A stretch of DNA of 64,000 nucleotides, taken from assembly GCA_000934665.2 (NCBI GenBank), contig KZ538766.1:1-64000 (forward strand), in the 5' to 3' direction. The DNA is from Catajapyx aquilonaris (taxonomy: Eukaryota). The translations under genes and the position numbers were made by a program. Each line of letters begins with the position of its first letter. Position 1 is the first letter of the stretch. A model generated the notes under the pieces. The model was not told the origin of the DNA. It was given only the letters and a program-made list of their open reading frames with translations, and made no database searches. This document shows positions 51,501 to 64,000 of the stretch, piece after piece.

Positions 51501-54500
51501 TGGGAAACAAAACAAGATGAACAAACTTTGACACTACAAAAGGTGTTACAATATCTGATTTTTTTTTTTTAAATATATAAAAGCCTTTAATTACAGAGGC
51601 AAGAAACATGGATACATTAGACAGGATAGACAAAAAAAAGTATAAAGTGAACACTAAATTCACTTGCTTCAGTGCAGAAAACTAGAGGTCAAAAAAACAC
51701 TACAAGTTGCAAATAATTAAAAAGAGGTAAAATATGCTAACGGTATTTGGAAAAAAAAAATGATATAAAACCATGCATTCCTGAGTGCAACTTTCCATCA
51801 TTCGCAACACTTCGCTCATGTGTGACAAAACGACACAAGTGGGATTAGGCGTGTCATAAAAATTAGGTGACAAAAACATTTACGTAGCAAGTAAATATAA
51901 TAAACCTAGCAATAAAACTTTTCTGCCATCACCCCAAAAGAGATTAGCACACAAAAAGTTGTTTCAGTTGGAAAGCAGTACCTAGGGATTAATAATTCAT
52001 AAATTAAATAAAAATTTTACAACAGGAGAAAAGCATTTGGCAATTTAGCCTGAGACGCGAATAATAAAAATGACAAGTTTTTTCAAAAAAAAAACATTGG
52101 ACCGAAGACAATATATTTGTTAAATTTTTTTTTATACAAAATGTACAGGTGATGGCATGGGTTAAATGGTAAAATTTGTGGTACAATAGGTAAAAAATGG
52201 TGAAAAGAGGTTTTTGGGGGGTGGTGGTGGTNGGGGGGGGGGGGGAGGGGGGCAAACAGGCCGTATCTACACTTCCACCCAGCAACCACAGCATGCTATT
52301 AATCAAGTGGGCATCTTTCTCTCTTTTTTTTAAAAGTATTCTCGCAATATTACTTATTTGCTCTTTAAAAAAATATTATTCATTTAGTCGTCCACTCAGC
52401 CAGTCAGTCCATCCATCCTCGGGGGAGGTTTTTTTTTTTCCGCTAGCAAAAAAGCTTCCAGCCATTCCAAAAAGGTAAGCAAAAGCTAAAAAACTGGGCT
52501 TTTATATAAAAGAGTGGTCTCTCGCTCTCTCTCAGACTCTCTGCTGCCGGTTTTTTTAACGTCTGACCAGACTTTTTTTAAAGTTTGGAAAGGGCGGGTG
52601 GGTGAGATATGGGAATCATGGTCAGCGGAATTAATGTTTTTTTATTATTTTTCAGCCGGTGCTAACATGCGGTGAGTGCGACGTAAGTGCGAACTGTTTA
52701 GATATCTCACATTGCGTTGGCTCCACATTTGAATGTTGGAAAAGAGGGGATGGTTCGTCCATTAGTTGACAATGTCTATCAATTTAGCAATTACGTAATT
52801 GACGGCAGCATGTACAATGTGTGGCGGCACCTTCAATTTTTCATGGCAGCACCACTATTGATTCCATCATGAGTTTCGTCAATGCGACATTGCCTTCCTG
52901 AAGGGTACTGAACGGACATGTCCATCGCGTCTTCCCGTACGACTGTGGACCAACTCAGTGTGAGATATCAATGGCGTGCTCCAGCTCTCAGATATCTGCT
53001 CATCTCACTCGAAATTGGAAAAATCAGCAAAGGGCGGTTTTTTCTAATGTTCCGGCAACCATGGGGGAGGGAGAATGGGCAGCGGAGAGGGCCAGCAGGA
53101 GAGGAAAGGATGGGCTCGCTTCTGTTTTCTCTCTATTTTTTTTTTTTTAGCTTTTGAATATCTTTTCTCCGGTAAACCGCTTTTTTTTCTGAGATGGGCT
53201 TACCCGACAGAGCAGCCGCTGTCTGGAAGGGGCTACGGCTACGTCCCTCACCACCGCCAGGGACCCTCTTCTTCTTACGTTTAAAGCTTTGGAGCTGATC
53301 GTCCGCGACTCGTGGCCGCCGGCCGCTCACCCCCCCACCTCCTGCCCCCAGCCCTGCCCTTGGGCCAACCACCCCGCCACCCCTGCCTCTCCTACCCCCA
53401 CCAGCCCCTTTCCATGAGGAAGAAGTCAAGGATTTGTGGTGGTGATGGTGGTGAGAGTGATGGTGGTGGTGGTGGTGACGGTGGGATTGTGTCAAGGATG
53501 GCGAGCCGCGGCCGGCTGGGCCCCCGTGGGCCGCCCCCGGACCTGCAGCTTCTGGAACCTTCACTCGGTCTCGCGCCAGTACAGGCTCCCTGAGGCCACG
53601 ACCCGCACGGCTCCCTTTCCGAGCAGCTTCAAGTGCTGGCCCACTTTTGAGTCCACGACACCACTGTGATAGAGACACCCCCTGTGGGGCCATTGTAGCC
53701 CAACGAGTTGCTGGTACCGACACTGATGCTGGTTTGGGAGGCGGTGGAGCTGTTGGTGCCTCGACGGGTGCTTCCACCGGGGCAGCTTCCTCCGTACTCC
53801 CCTTTCTGAGCCGCTTTGGTGGTGCATAGTTAACATGACCCAATCTCTTCCGACTGCTAGACGGTGTTGTAAACAGGTGACTCAAGCCATCAAACAACCC
53901 CTTAAGTTGGCCACTACCTGCAGACTTGGACAACGGGTCAGACCCACTCGAGGAGGAGGATGAGGAAGAGTTCTTTTCGTCACGAAGCTCAACCAGCGAT
54001 GGAGCTGCTGGAACACGTTTCGGCGTCTCTTTTTCCGGCAATGCCCCCACCCTAGTCTTTCGTTTGTTGGTTGGCGTGAAGAACTTGGAAAGTCCATCAA
54101 TCAGTGACCTAGCCTGCATCTTAAGAGGTGATGTCGACACTGGTTCCTGCTTCTCCTCCGGCCTGACCTTTGACCGATTGACGTAGAAAGCACTTGCCCT
54201 GAAGAACTTCTGCTTCTCTTCTGATATCCTATCGCTATTCTCCTTCAAACCCCCTGACCCTGCCCCACTCTCATTACCCTCAGAGTCCTCGCTCTCCGTC
54301 GACGGCGCAGGAGCCACCTTCTTCTTCTTCCCTCGCTGCTTGGCGTCGTCCTTGTGGTAGGCGTACTTCTTCTTGACCGCAACAGCCGCCTTGGCCACTG
54401 CCAAACGGTGCTGTCCGGAGCGCTTCTTGTGGTTGTGTGCCACCAAGCACCGGTGGCAGACCCAGGGCAGGCCCGCCTTGGGCCTCCGGTCCAGTGGCGG

Positions 54501-54782
54501 CATGAGGCATGGGAGGTGGTAGCACTGACCGCAATAGTGGCAGCTGAGGAGGGACGCATCGCCTCCTGGCTTGCTGCATTTGTGGCACCTCTTACAGTCG
54601 TCACAGCGCCAGGAAGCAGCACCGCTCAGGTACCGCCGGGCCAGCTCCTGCCCAAAAGGCAGGCAGGACGGATGAGCCGATGACCCACATTCAGAGCAAG
54701 AGATCAGCTCCTCCGAGTGGCCATCCCGGTTCTTCGCCGACGTACCCAGACACTCTCCGCAGATAGGCAGCGGTACCGGCCT
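42514..54782 (-). CDS. KAT6: MYST histone acetyltransferase KAT6 (MOZ/MORF/enok), 5'-partial. Exons approx. 54782-53204, 51297-51203, 50417-50055, 49917-49662, 49496-48979, 48523-47953, 47598-47189, 46914-46606, 46410-45124, 44221-43511, 43200-42514
   Basis: Double PHD finger (PICGECLG...[12 protein letters not shown]...CHRC); MYST domain ([71 protein letters not shown]); acidic region; SM domain ([18 protein letters not shown]); C-terminal LNGSMRR. Confidence 0.95.
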
Positions 54783-56119
54783 CTGTCATAAAGGAAGACA
54801 ACATATGTACACTCATGCATAAAAAGGGTGTGGCACCAAGTCCATGCAATGTTTACCCCCAAAAAACAAGTTTGCTGTCAACAAACCTTGTACATAAACA
54901 TTAGGAGGTGTCAAGGAATACAATTAACCATGTGACTCACCACGTGGCATTACTAAATGCCACGTGATGACAGCTATAAACATCGATAGTTCCCACCTTA
55001 TCGCAAAGTGCACATTATTTCGCTCCCCTGATTTTAACAATCCTTGCCAACTTCCAGAGCAAATAATTGGAACTTACGTAATCCATTTCAGTCAGCCAAT
55101 TTCTTCAGGCACTTTATAGAGCGACACGTCCCCAGCTCTTTTTGTCAACCAGCAAAAGACACAATCACGTGCCCTGCACCGAGCTAGTGATTCCGGCGCA
55201 AGGCAGTTCAGTCACCAAATCCTTCCCCATAATAAAACTAGCTCGGGAAATGGGTGACGTCAAAGTACAGCTCTTATCTAGTACAATATGCGTTTCATTT
55301 CGCGATCCATTTTTTTTGGCGATTTCACATTTTAAAAATTTCGCGACGGCTACATTTGAGACAATGTCGATTAACAATTTGATGGGACAATTTGCAATGC
55401 GATAATTAAATGAGATTACATGCAATGAGCTGTACTGAGTCTTGTTCTACTTATGTTGGGCTTTCATTATTTAGCGGTGAGAAAACACGTGACTTTCTTA
55501 TACAAGTTGCAGTACGTACTGGTGATCTATTAATACCAAGTGCGATCGCAAAAATTTAATGTGGCCGTGAAATCGGTATACATCGCGTGAACTTAGCTGC
55601 CCACCAAAATGCAAAAGAAAACCTCGACACGATGCATAATTTCGATCAGGAGAATAAACAACTCTCGTCACAAATATCGATCTGGAAAAAAGGCAAATTG
55701 CTCAGGATGGATGCCAATTATTTTGGGTAATGTAAAAAATTAAATAAATGAGGCACAACCAAGTACTGGATAATTAATAAGTAAGTGTTCACCGGCGCGA
55801 AAAATAAAAGCTAAGGGGAGTCATAAAATATTCAGCAGTGGTTAGCAAGGGAAGAACATTGCTCTGTGCACTCTCAAAATATAGTTCACTGGCGAGTTTC
55901 CAAGAAATCTTGTTTTTTTTTTTGCCATAGCAGGTATTTAATTGGACGACCCAACTATAGCGGCGCAATTAACAGTTTTAAATGCCAAGCCGTTTTAAGC
56001 CTTAAAAAATACACGCGGTCGGTAACACAATTGAAAGCAATAAACTCTTCTGCGTACTTGGATACATAGACGCAGTGTGCCTGCAAAGCTGCTGAATAGT
56101 CATCGTCACCAGAAAAAAC

Positions 56120-56730
56120 CAGAGCGAAGCGAGTGCTTCCCCAACAGCAGGCATAGAAAAATGGAGCGACGCGAATCCCTCCAACCGCAGGCATAGAAAA
56201 ATGGAGCGAAGCGAGTCACTCCAACCACAGGCATAGAAAAATGGAGCGACGCGAGTCCCTCCAACCGCAGGCATAGAAAAATGGAGCGAAGCGAGTCCCT
56301 CCAACCGCAGGCATAGAAAAATGGAGCGAAGCGAGTCCCTCTAACCGCAGGCATAGAAAAATGGAGTGAAGCGAGTCACTCCCAACAGCAGGCATAGAAA
56401 AATGGAGCGAAACGAGTCACTCCAACCGCAGGCATAGAAAAATGGAGTGAAGCGAGTCACTCCAACCGCAGGCATCGAGAAATGGAGCGAAGCGAGTCCC
56501 TCTAACCGCAGGCATAGAAAAATGGGAGTGAAGCGAGTCACTCCAACCACAGGCATAGAAAAATGGGAGTGAAGCGAGTCACTCCAACCACAGGCATAGA
56601 AAAATGGAGCGAAGCGAGTCCCTATAACCACAGGCATAGAAAAATGAGTCACTCCAACCGCAGGCATAGAAAAATGCGGGCGAAGCGAGTCTCTCCAACC
56701 GCAGGCCCAGTAAAATGCGGGCGAAGCGAG
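56120..56730. repeat. 40-bp minisatellite, ~15 copies, in a probable KAT6 intron
   Basis: Unit GCAGGCATAGAAAAATGGAGCGAAGCGAGTCCCTCCAACC. Confidence 0.95.
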
Positions 56731-59700
56731 ATTTTTTTTTCGTCTTCTAGTAGCCATATAATTTCCATACTGGTTGCAAAATGCTACAAGGAAAAAAGGC
56801 TCTTCGGTTATTTTATTTTTTTACAGTTTTCGACAGAAATGTCTACAGCTCAAATCTAATTCCTCATAGTGCAGTATATAGTTGTATAGACCTGGACGAC
56901 GCAATTTATTTGAGTGCCTTTCACGTACTGTACAGTGCCACCTATTACGGCCCCACTTCTATAAACATACCGAGCCCCTTTTACATAAATGTGCCCACTT
57001 TTCCTTAATCGGCACTTGCCTTTCAAAGATTGCCTACTAAAATATTCCCGTATACGTGGCTGTTGATGACTGGAACTATTGGAGACACAACATTTCCTAC
57101 TCGGCACACCTTTTCCGATTTACAGGTGGTAAACAGCCCCTACAGCCTGTAGGGTCGATTTCTGCTATTAGTCGTCTATAACACTATTTAATTTCGGTGA
57201 AATTTGCACCCTCACATTTCGCAATAAAAAAAACAACAACATGAGGGCAAAGAAACTGTATGAAAATGCATGATCAACCCTTTCACCCCTGAAGCCATGT
57301 CCTAATTATGAGCGATCCTTTGATAATACTGTACTATACCCTCTCTTCCTACTCTTTCTAACGGTGGTTACTGGTTCAGGTATATACCTACGGAGCAAGT
57401 TGTTTACGAACATGAGCCAATATCCTGCTCATCACATGCTTTTAAAGAGAGGTTAGAAAAAAAAACCCTCTCTATCAACAATATACACATTGAAACTTGC
57501 GTAACAATTTTTTTTAAAGGGTGTGTGTCATCCCTTAGCTGGACTGCAAATTGGGAGCTAGTAACGTTAGTGTTTATAAGTGCGCTTATGTGCAACCAAC
57601 GCCACTCTGCATGACTCCATTGTCCCCCATTCAATTTTACCAAGCGCATGACTTTGGTTTTGAGCCCATCCCAGAGTTTGCATTAATTCCCATTACTTTC
57701 AACAACTACCATCCATCCATTCTGATTATGAACGAGGTGGGGGGGATGTTGACAATCCATGGAAAATCAGCATTGAATACTGCAGCATATTGTAGGGGTC
57801 GGACTAGGGGGGGATTGGATGGCCCAGGCTTTCATAATGATGTGGCTTGCTGATATTTCATACTGGGATGGGAGGGAGGAAGGGGTCCTATGTAATCCAC
57901 TCTGATTGGAGCATTTATTCATGAAGATTGTCCACCAGCTAATTACTCTTCATACTGCCAGCAATTTTCGACACAACACCCTCCAAAAAAAATGTAGCAC
58001 CGATGCTGTCACGTTGGAGGTCACCAACTTGCACTGGACAAAAGAAAATATTAAAATTCGACCCCCTGCCATTCCAATGCTGCTCAAGAGCAAAGTAACG
58101 GAATTACCAAAGAAACTGATCCCTCAAGCTGCTATAGAAATTTTAAAAAAAACCTGTTCCTATAAGTATATCAAAGCTGCTAAAGTGGCATGCACTGCAA
58201 ACTTCCCCGGAAACATCTCAATCCTCAACCGCATCCAATGCCCTCCATTATCCCCCCCTCCTTCCTGACCTCCACACCCTTGCAACTTTCACCCCCTTTT
58301 AAAAAAAAAAATGTCAATCCCTCCTTGATTGGGGGGAGGAAGAGAGAGAGAGGCGCATGTGGAAAATGGATGTTGAAAACGGCGCACTCGCACTAACTTA
58401 TCACGGGATCAATAACATCAACTTTGTCCTGGAAAGACCAAGATATAAGAGAAGAGCCTCCCCCCTTCTTCCACACATTTCACTCCTTTCACCTTATATC
58501 CTCCTTCCCACCCACCCTCTTATTCACCCCCCTTAAACAAGCAACAAAAAAAAAACTATCTGACCACTTCCTGTGCTTACAAGACCCGCCGCGGCAAACA
58601 ATGTTTCCAAATCACAATACAACTCACCTGATGAATATTTCACAAGGTTATTATTGATCGTAAAACCGTTCCCAAGGACTACTCCTGTCCCACCCTCAGA
58701 AATTCCCATGTCGGTCTTCTTTTCTGACTTACAAACAACAAAAGGGGTATAGGTGGGGGAAATAGTCGTGGCTTCAAGACATGTTTAGGGGAGCGTATCC
58801 TCTGTATCAATTACGCTAACAAGTAGCTTCGGTCGTTTGATCAACCCATTGGGGAAAAATCTGATCACAACCTGAACATTTCTGGGCTGGATAATTTTAT
58901 ATATATAAAAAAACAGTGGTGCTATTTCTGTCAGCGACGTTGTCACCTTTTGGGACACGGACATGCTGTGCGTGAAAGGGTGCAAGTGGGTTAATAAACC
59001 TCTTTTTTGTATACAGGAGGCTGTTGGGAAAAAGTGGGATTGTTTACCCCAGCAAAACGGCCCTAAGAAAATAATGTTGCTGGAATAAACAACATTTGCC
59101 CACTGTAACCAGCAGGATAAAATATATGTCAAGGCATGATTGCCCCCCCCCCCCCCCTGAAATATATCGAACCCGTCCCAATTTTGGCCTGCTCTATATA
59201 GAGGGGGGTCAAAAAACAGAATGTTGGAAGCGTCCTTTTACCGGAATCGATAGACCCCCGCAACTCACAATTTGCGCCGTGGAAACGAGTTAGCAATCAT
59301 TATCCTGCGTTCCTCCAACCTAAAAGACAATTAGGATGCGCTGTATTTTTTTAAAAAAAAAGAGGAGGTGGCGCTTTTAACCGGATGACAAAAGCGTCGC
59401 AAGAAGCTTGGCGGTGACATTTGCATAGCAAACAAATCTTCTGGAGGAAAACCTCCCCGACTTTGTGCCAAGTTTTTAGGTTAAATCCGGGGGGGAGGCC
59501 TCAGGTTTAGGATCACGAATTCCGCCAGGTGCATGGTGATATATATATATTAAAAAAGGGGAGGTTGGGAAGTAGTTATTCAAATAAGGCAGGTGGGTCA
59601 TCACATCATGCATTTAAAATGGCTGCACATGATTCTCATAGTTCACAGCATACAAAAAAAAATATCCTTGCTGTTTTTATCACACACAGGAAAAAAGCAG

Positions 59701-62700
59701 AGGTGCTCATAACTATGTACTACGTCCAAGCTGTGTTGCCAAAATTTGGCAACAGGTCCGCTACTTAGTGCATATTCGGATACAACGTGATCAGTCACAA
59801 AATTATGCTACTGGCTAGTGGCAATAACTCAGAAGTAACCCTGACAGGGGGGTTAAACCCTAGCACACCCTCTCTCTCTCTTCTTTTTTTTCCTCCTTAT
59901 TAACAGCAGGTTGTCCGTCTCAGTTACCAGTCATGTTTACTTAATCTTCCAGACTTGCACAGCCAAAAACTTGACCTCGCTATAATCGTCCCAAGCAAGC
60001 TTTTCAAGTCAAGGTTGGATGCACATCACTCATTCCCTCTCAGTACTTGTTTTTTTTATATACATATAATGTATATGCATTCGTCTCAACTAACCTTGAA
60101 AATATTAGGCTGAATGGGCTTAACAGTGCAAGTGCCCACCCTTCGAAAAAATACACACACACAAAAAAAGTAGCCTCTCTCTCTCTCTCTCCCAGGAGAA
60201 TAATCTCACCTGTCGCCCCCTCCAACTTTCACATGCACTGTTGCAAAACCAGGCAACTAAAAATTGTTTCCAGCCATATTTTTATGTATTAAGTGTGTGG
60301 TAATAGACCGGCGACCGAGAATTGGGTTCAGTGTGCAGGACTGAGTCGAAACCTACTTTTCCACTATTGACCTTCACCCGCCAGGATGCCCAAGTGCTTC
60401 AGGGCATCGGAAGAATGGGGGTGGGAAGGGTGGGCATGTCTCCTTGCCCTTGTCTCCTCTCACACACATTTACATTTGTGTGTGTGTGTTTTTTTGTTGC
60501 TTCCCTTTATATATATGCTAACGGATATAATGCGCCGAGAATAAATTACACAGAGCGTCACCCCACCTTCTGATGCGTGTCATATGCCTATCTGTTGGGG
60601 GGACCTGGTGTTGCAATAATTGTCGCGAGGCAGGTGGCAAATTAGGAGGGGGAGACATAATTTCTGCATATCTTGCATGCAGGGTAATCGTGCACAAGGT
60701 AATTTAGCATGGAAACACGTCATATTTACTTCTCAATTAAGTCTGCTCATATATGAGAAGCTAAAACTGTGCGCAATGGATTCTCAGTACTTGCTATTAT
60801 CATGTCCCAAATCTTATAATTCCTGCCCAACTGGACAAAAATTATGGATCAAGATAACACAACCAAAAAAGTACTTTCCTCTTATCATATAAGTGTTAAT
60901 TTGGTGACAGGCTCTTTATTGTTGGCCCACACACAAAAAAAAATCGTCCCGTTATACGAATTAACACCCAATTGTTCCCCCCCCCCCCCCCCCCACNAAC
61001 GATTTCTCTCTTCAATTCGACCATTCAAGTGAAGGGGGGGAATCCAGGCCACACTTTCAATGGGTGTGGATGCTGCACGTACAAAAAAAAAAACCCAACT
61101 TCAATGTGACTCGAGTAGATAACACTCCGCCCCCCTAAATTGCGTTTTTATTCACATTACTAGCAGGGGTTCTTCGCACTGTGATTGATAAATAATAAAA
61201 AAAGAGAAAGCTGTGCCACATTGATGCTGAGACGCCAAACATATTTATTAAAAATAATATTTCTAAATTTTGGGTATTATTTAGACTTTAAAAAACCGGA
61301 AATTTTTTCTCCTCCCAAGTTTCAGCACTATCTGAAACTGGGTAGGCGGGACATACAAACATACCAACAATCTTTCTGTTTTATACCAAATTTCGGCAGC
61401 CGTGCTCAAATTCGGACAGCATGGGGCCAACTATTTTGGGTAAATAACAACCTACCAACCCCATGCCATGCCCCTGGCGTCATTATCGTCATAGACACTA
61501 ATCACTGTCATTATTAACGGATCGGGAATTATGCGCCCGAGCTGTACTGCAAAATGTACGGCCACGTCCCGCTGCATCAGCATAATGACGCCAAAATTGC
61601 GCCGCCAACACACACACACACACCCCTTTTCACCTCCCCCCCTCACCCCCCCAGCTCTACACCTCTCCCTAGTATGCAAATTTTCCATTGGCTGCCGCAG
61701 TGATGATAGCAAAAGGGGTTGATGTAAGAGTTGGAAAATACGCATTTACTAACCCACCCCACATCCAGTGTCACATACACAAAATTCCACCCCCCAATTC
61801 AGCCCCCCCCCCAACGGGGCTTTTGCGCAGTGTGATATAGTTAAAATTGCTCTTGTTTCCTACCCAAAATCAATGATGATGTTCCCCTGGACGGCTACAA
61901 AAAAAAGGGGGGGTCGTTAGATACTCTGACAGCCATCCTTTTTTTTTGACTCACCCCACACAACCTAACACCATTAAATTACAGACCTGTAATGAAAATA
62001 TCATGACACTAACTCAGGAGTCGAATTTTAAATTATTTTTTTTTGACCAGGTGCAAAGTTTGCACTCCATATAGTTACATCTGAAGTGCAAATTACTTTA
62101 CATGGAGTGCTTAATTTTTTAAATTAGTGGATTTAGCCACGTTCAAAAGCAGGACCAACTGGACGGTGTTATGCAATAATGAGTCAATCCACAAGAACAG
62201 TTTTGAGACAACCTGTGAAATTAATTTTTATGGCAGAAGTATGCAGATTTCGCCAGTTTGATTATAACTGAAAGTACGATCCTTCAAGGGCATATGATCC
62301 TGGGCTTAACTCAATTTTGACATTTTTGTTGGTTGATTCATTATCGCATAACACTGTCCAACTGGAGTGCAAACTTTGTACTCAAGGCTATATAAGTTTG
62401 GAGTGCAAATTGCACCTTCGCATCCGAATATTTCGACCCAGCTATACTATCAGTGACGCCCAATTTGATAACAAGAGTCTACCTAAGAGCCAAAAATAAT
62501 CGCCTTACCCCGTAAACCTGACCTCCAGCTAAAAACCGGTTCTAAGAAATTACCCAAGCGCGACTACAAATGGCGTTAGTACCAACCCCTATTAGGCGGC
62601 TGTAAAATAATCACTGACTCTAAAAAAAAACTGGAGGGAAACACAAAAACTGGTTGGAAAATAGGAGGGGGTCCAACAGCAGGGGGGGTCACATTCAATT

Positions 62701-64000
62701 GTAGACAAGAGGAGGAGGAGTTTACCCAGATAACCAAACTCTCTCTCTGCCAAGGTCGATTGGTCCATAACAACCCCATGACCAAAAAAAAAAAAAAAAA
62801 AGGAAGCAAAAATTCAGAAATTTAGCCTTTCACTTGTCGACTCATTTGTCTGGCTATGTTGCTATTACTCAATTTTTACCATCAATTTCGATTAAACTCT
62901 TAGCCAAGAAAGGGGTTCAGAAAAAAAGGGTGATCCGATGGGAAAATCTAGGCGACAGTTGACAAGCACCATAGGAATGGTAGGGTGAGGGGGGAAAAAG
63001 CTCTGGGGGCTTCCAACCCCACGAACTCTTCCATCTTTGTTCCCATCTCACGTTTAGGAAAAGGGGCGCCTGTGGATTCCACCATCTGCTCCACGTCCAG
63101 AAAGAGAAAAACTCTACATAAAAACCAGAAAAAGGGGGGGGGGGGGGTTTAGGAAGAAAAAAAAACTAGTTGCCATATAGAATTGCCTATCATTTTACTT
63201 AATGCCCCTGAAGGTCAATTTTCACATTTGTAATCCCTGAAATCCTGGCCCTAACTAGTAACAGGACCCGTTGCCAAATTTTGGCAACACTGCTTGGCCC
63301 ACCCCCCCTAACCAGTTGGAGCATAGGGTCTCCCTCTGCAAACTCCTGACCCTCTCAGGGGGAAAGTAGTACTACATGCACGTTGGTGATGAGGCACCAC
63401 GCGGACAAAGTCCACCAGGGCATTTGGACAAATATTTCTCCTCATAGGCTTATTCTCTCCGTCGGATGTTTGTCCGACCTGATAGTTACGCCATCTCTCA
63501 CGACCTGAGGGTGGCAGGAGTGTGCAGAGGGAGTATGCGCCATCTATGCGTGAAGAATACTACTACGTGGTAAACCGGTGGGCCATTTCATTAGTCGTTT
63601 AATTGTCAGGTGTTTTTTCTCTATTTTGGCAACGTTTTCGCCCCTGCTATTGGTATACTTCCGTGGCTGATTGGGAAAAAAATGCACTATCAGTCGCAAT
63701 GGAATTTGAAGCATCTGTCTGGGAATTTGCTGCCCTCATTACTCAAAACCTGATTAGTGGACAATCTGCAGCAAAACATTCACAGGATTGCAATCAATCA
63801 GAAAACACTGTCTATACTCCACATGTATGAATAGTAAGTGGTGACTGTATTGCCCTTTCTTCGTACCCACTTAGTTTATTGCACAGCATATTTTCAGTCT
63901 CACTCCGCCGACAGTCCTGGCCAAGTTCAAAGCAAACATGTTAAGTGCCTGCTGAATCATTCCTAACTTGCCAATATATTGCGGCGTCATAGGCAACAAC

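Noticed and set aside
56120..56730. Regular 40-bp repeats as a CRISPR array
   Set aside because: No unique spacers and a eukaryotic context; it is a minisatellite.
63366..63566. GTGATGA...CTGA spacing like a snoRNA
   Set aside because: Antisense to the probable host gene, no guide match, and it lies between imperfect GTAGTA/TACTAC inverted ends typical of a small repeat.

Overview
Eukaryotic genomic DNA from an invertebrate, most likely an arthropod, with spliceosomal introns. Left to right: a PIWI-clade Argonaute (Ago3 type, minus, 3' end outside the window); RpL34 (minus) head-to-head with the SNARE gene Vti1a (plus); RpL4 (minus); an intron-containing BED-finger hAT transposase derivative with a degenerate catalytic core (minus); a long-chain acyl-CoA synthetase (minus); a BMP9/10-class TGF-beta ligand (plus); and a KAT6/MOZ/enok MYST acetyltransferase (minus, 5' end probably outside the window). 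RpL4 carries six intronic box C/D snoRNAs: one U16-like, four U18-like and one SNORD88/snR76-like. The most unusual feature lies just downstream of RpL4. It is a collapsed, non-coding miniature of the gene (exon 2 start fused to exon 5, intact intron 5, exon 6 start fused to the tail) with decayed exons but a 68/68 identical snoRNA and preserved splice sites, and it has no first exon of its own. The two U18 guide subtypes each mismatch the canonical 28S target but jointly predict a non-canonical 28S sequence. Three distinct tRNA-derived SINEs, several MITEs and many local tandem repeats fill introns and intergenic space. Exon boundaries were read by eye and family assignments come from recalled motifs, not database searches.
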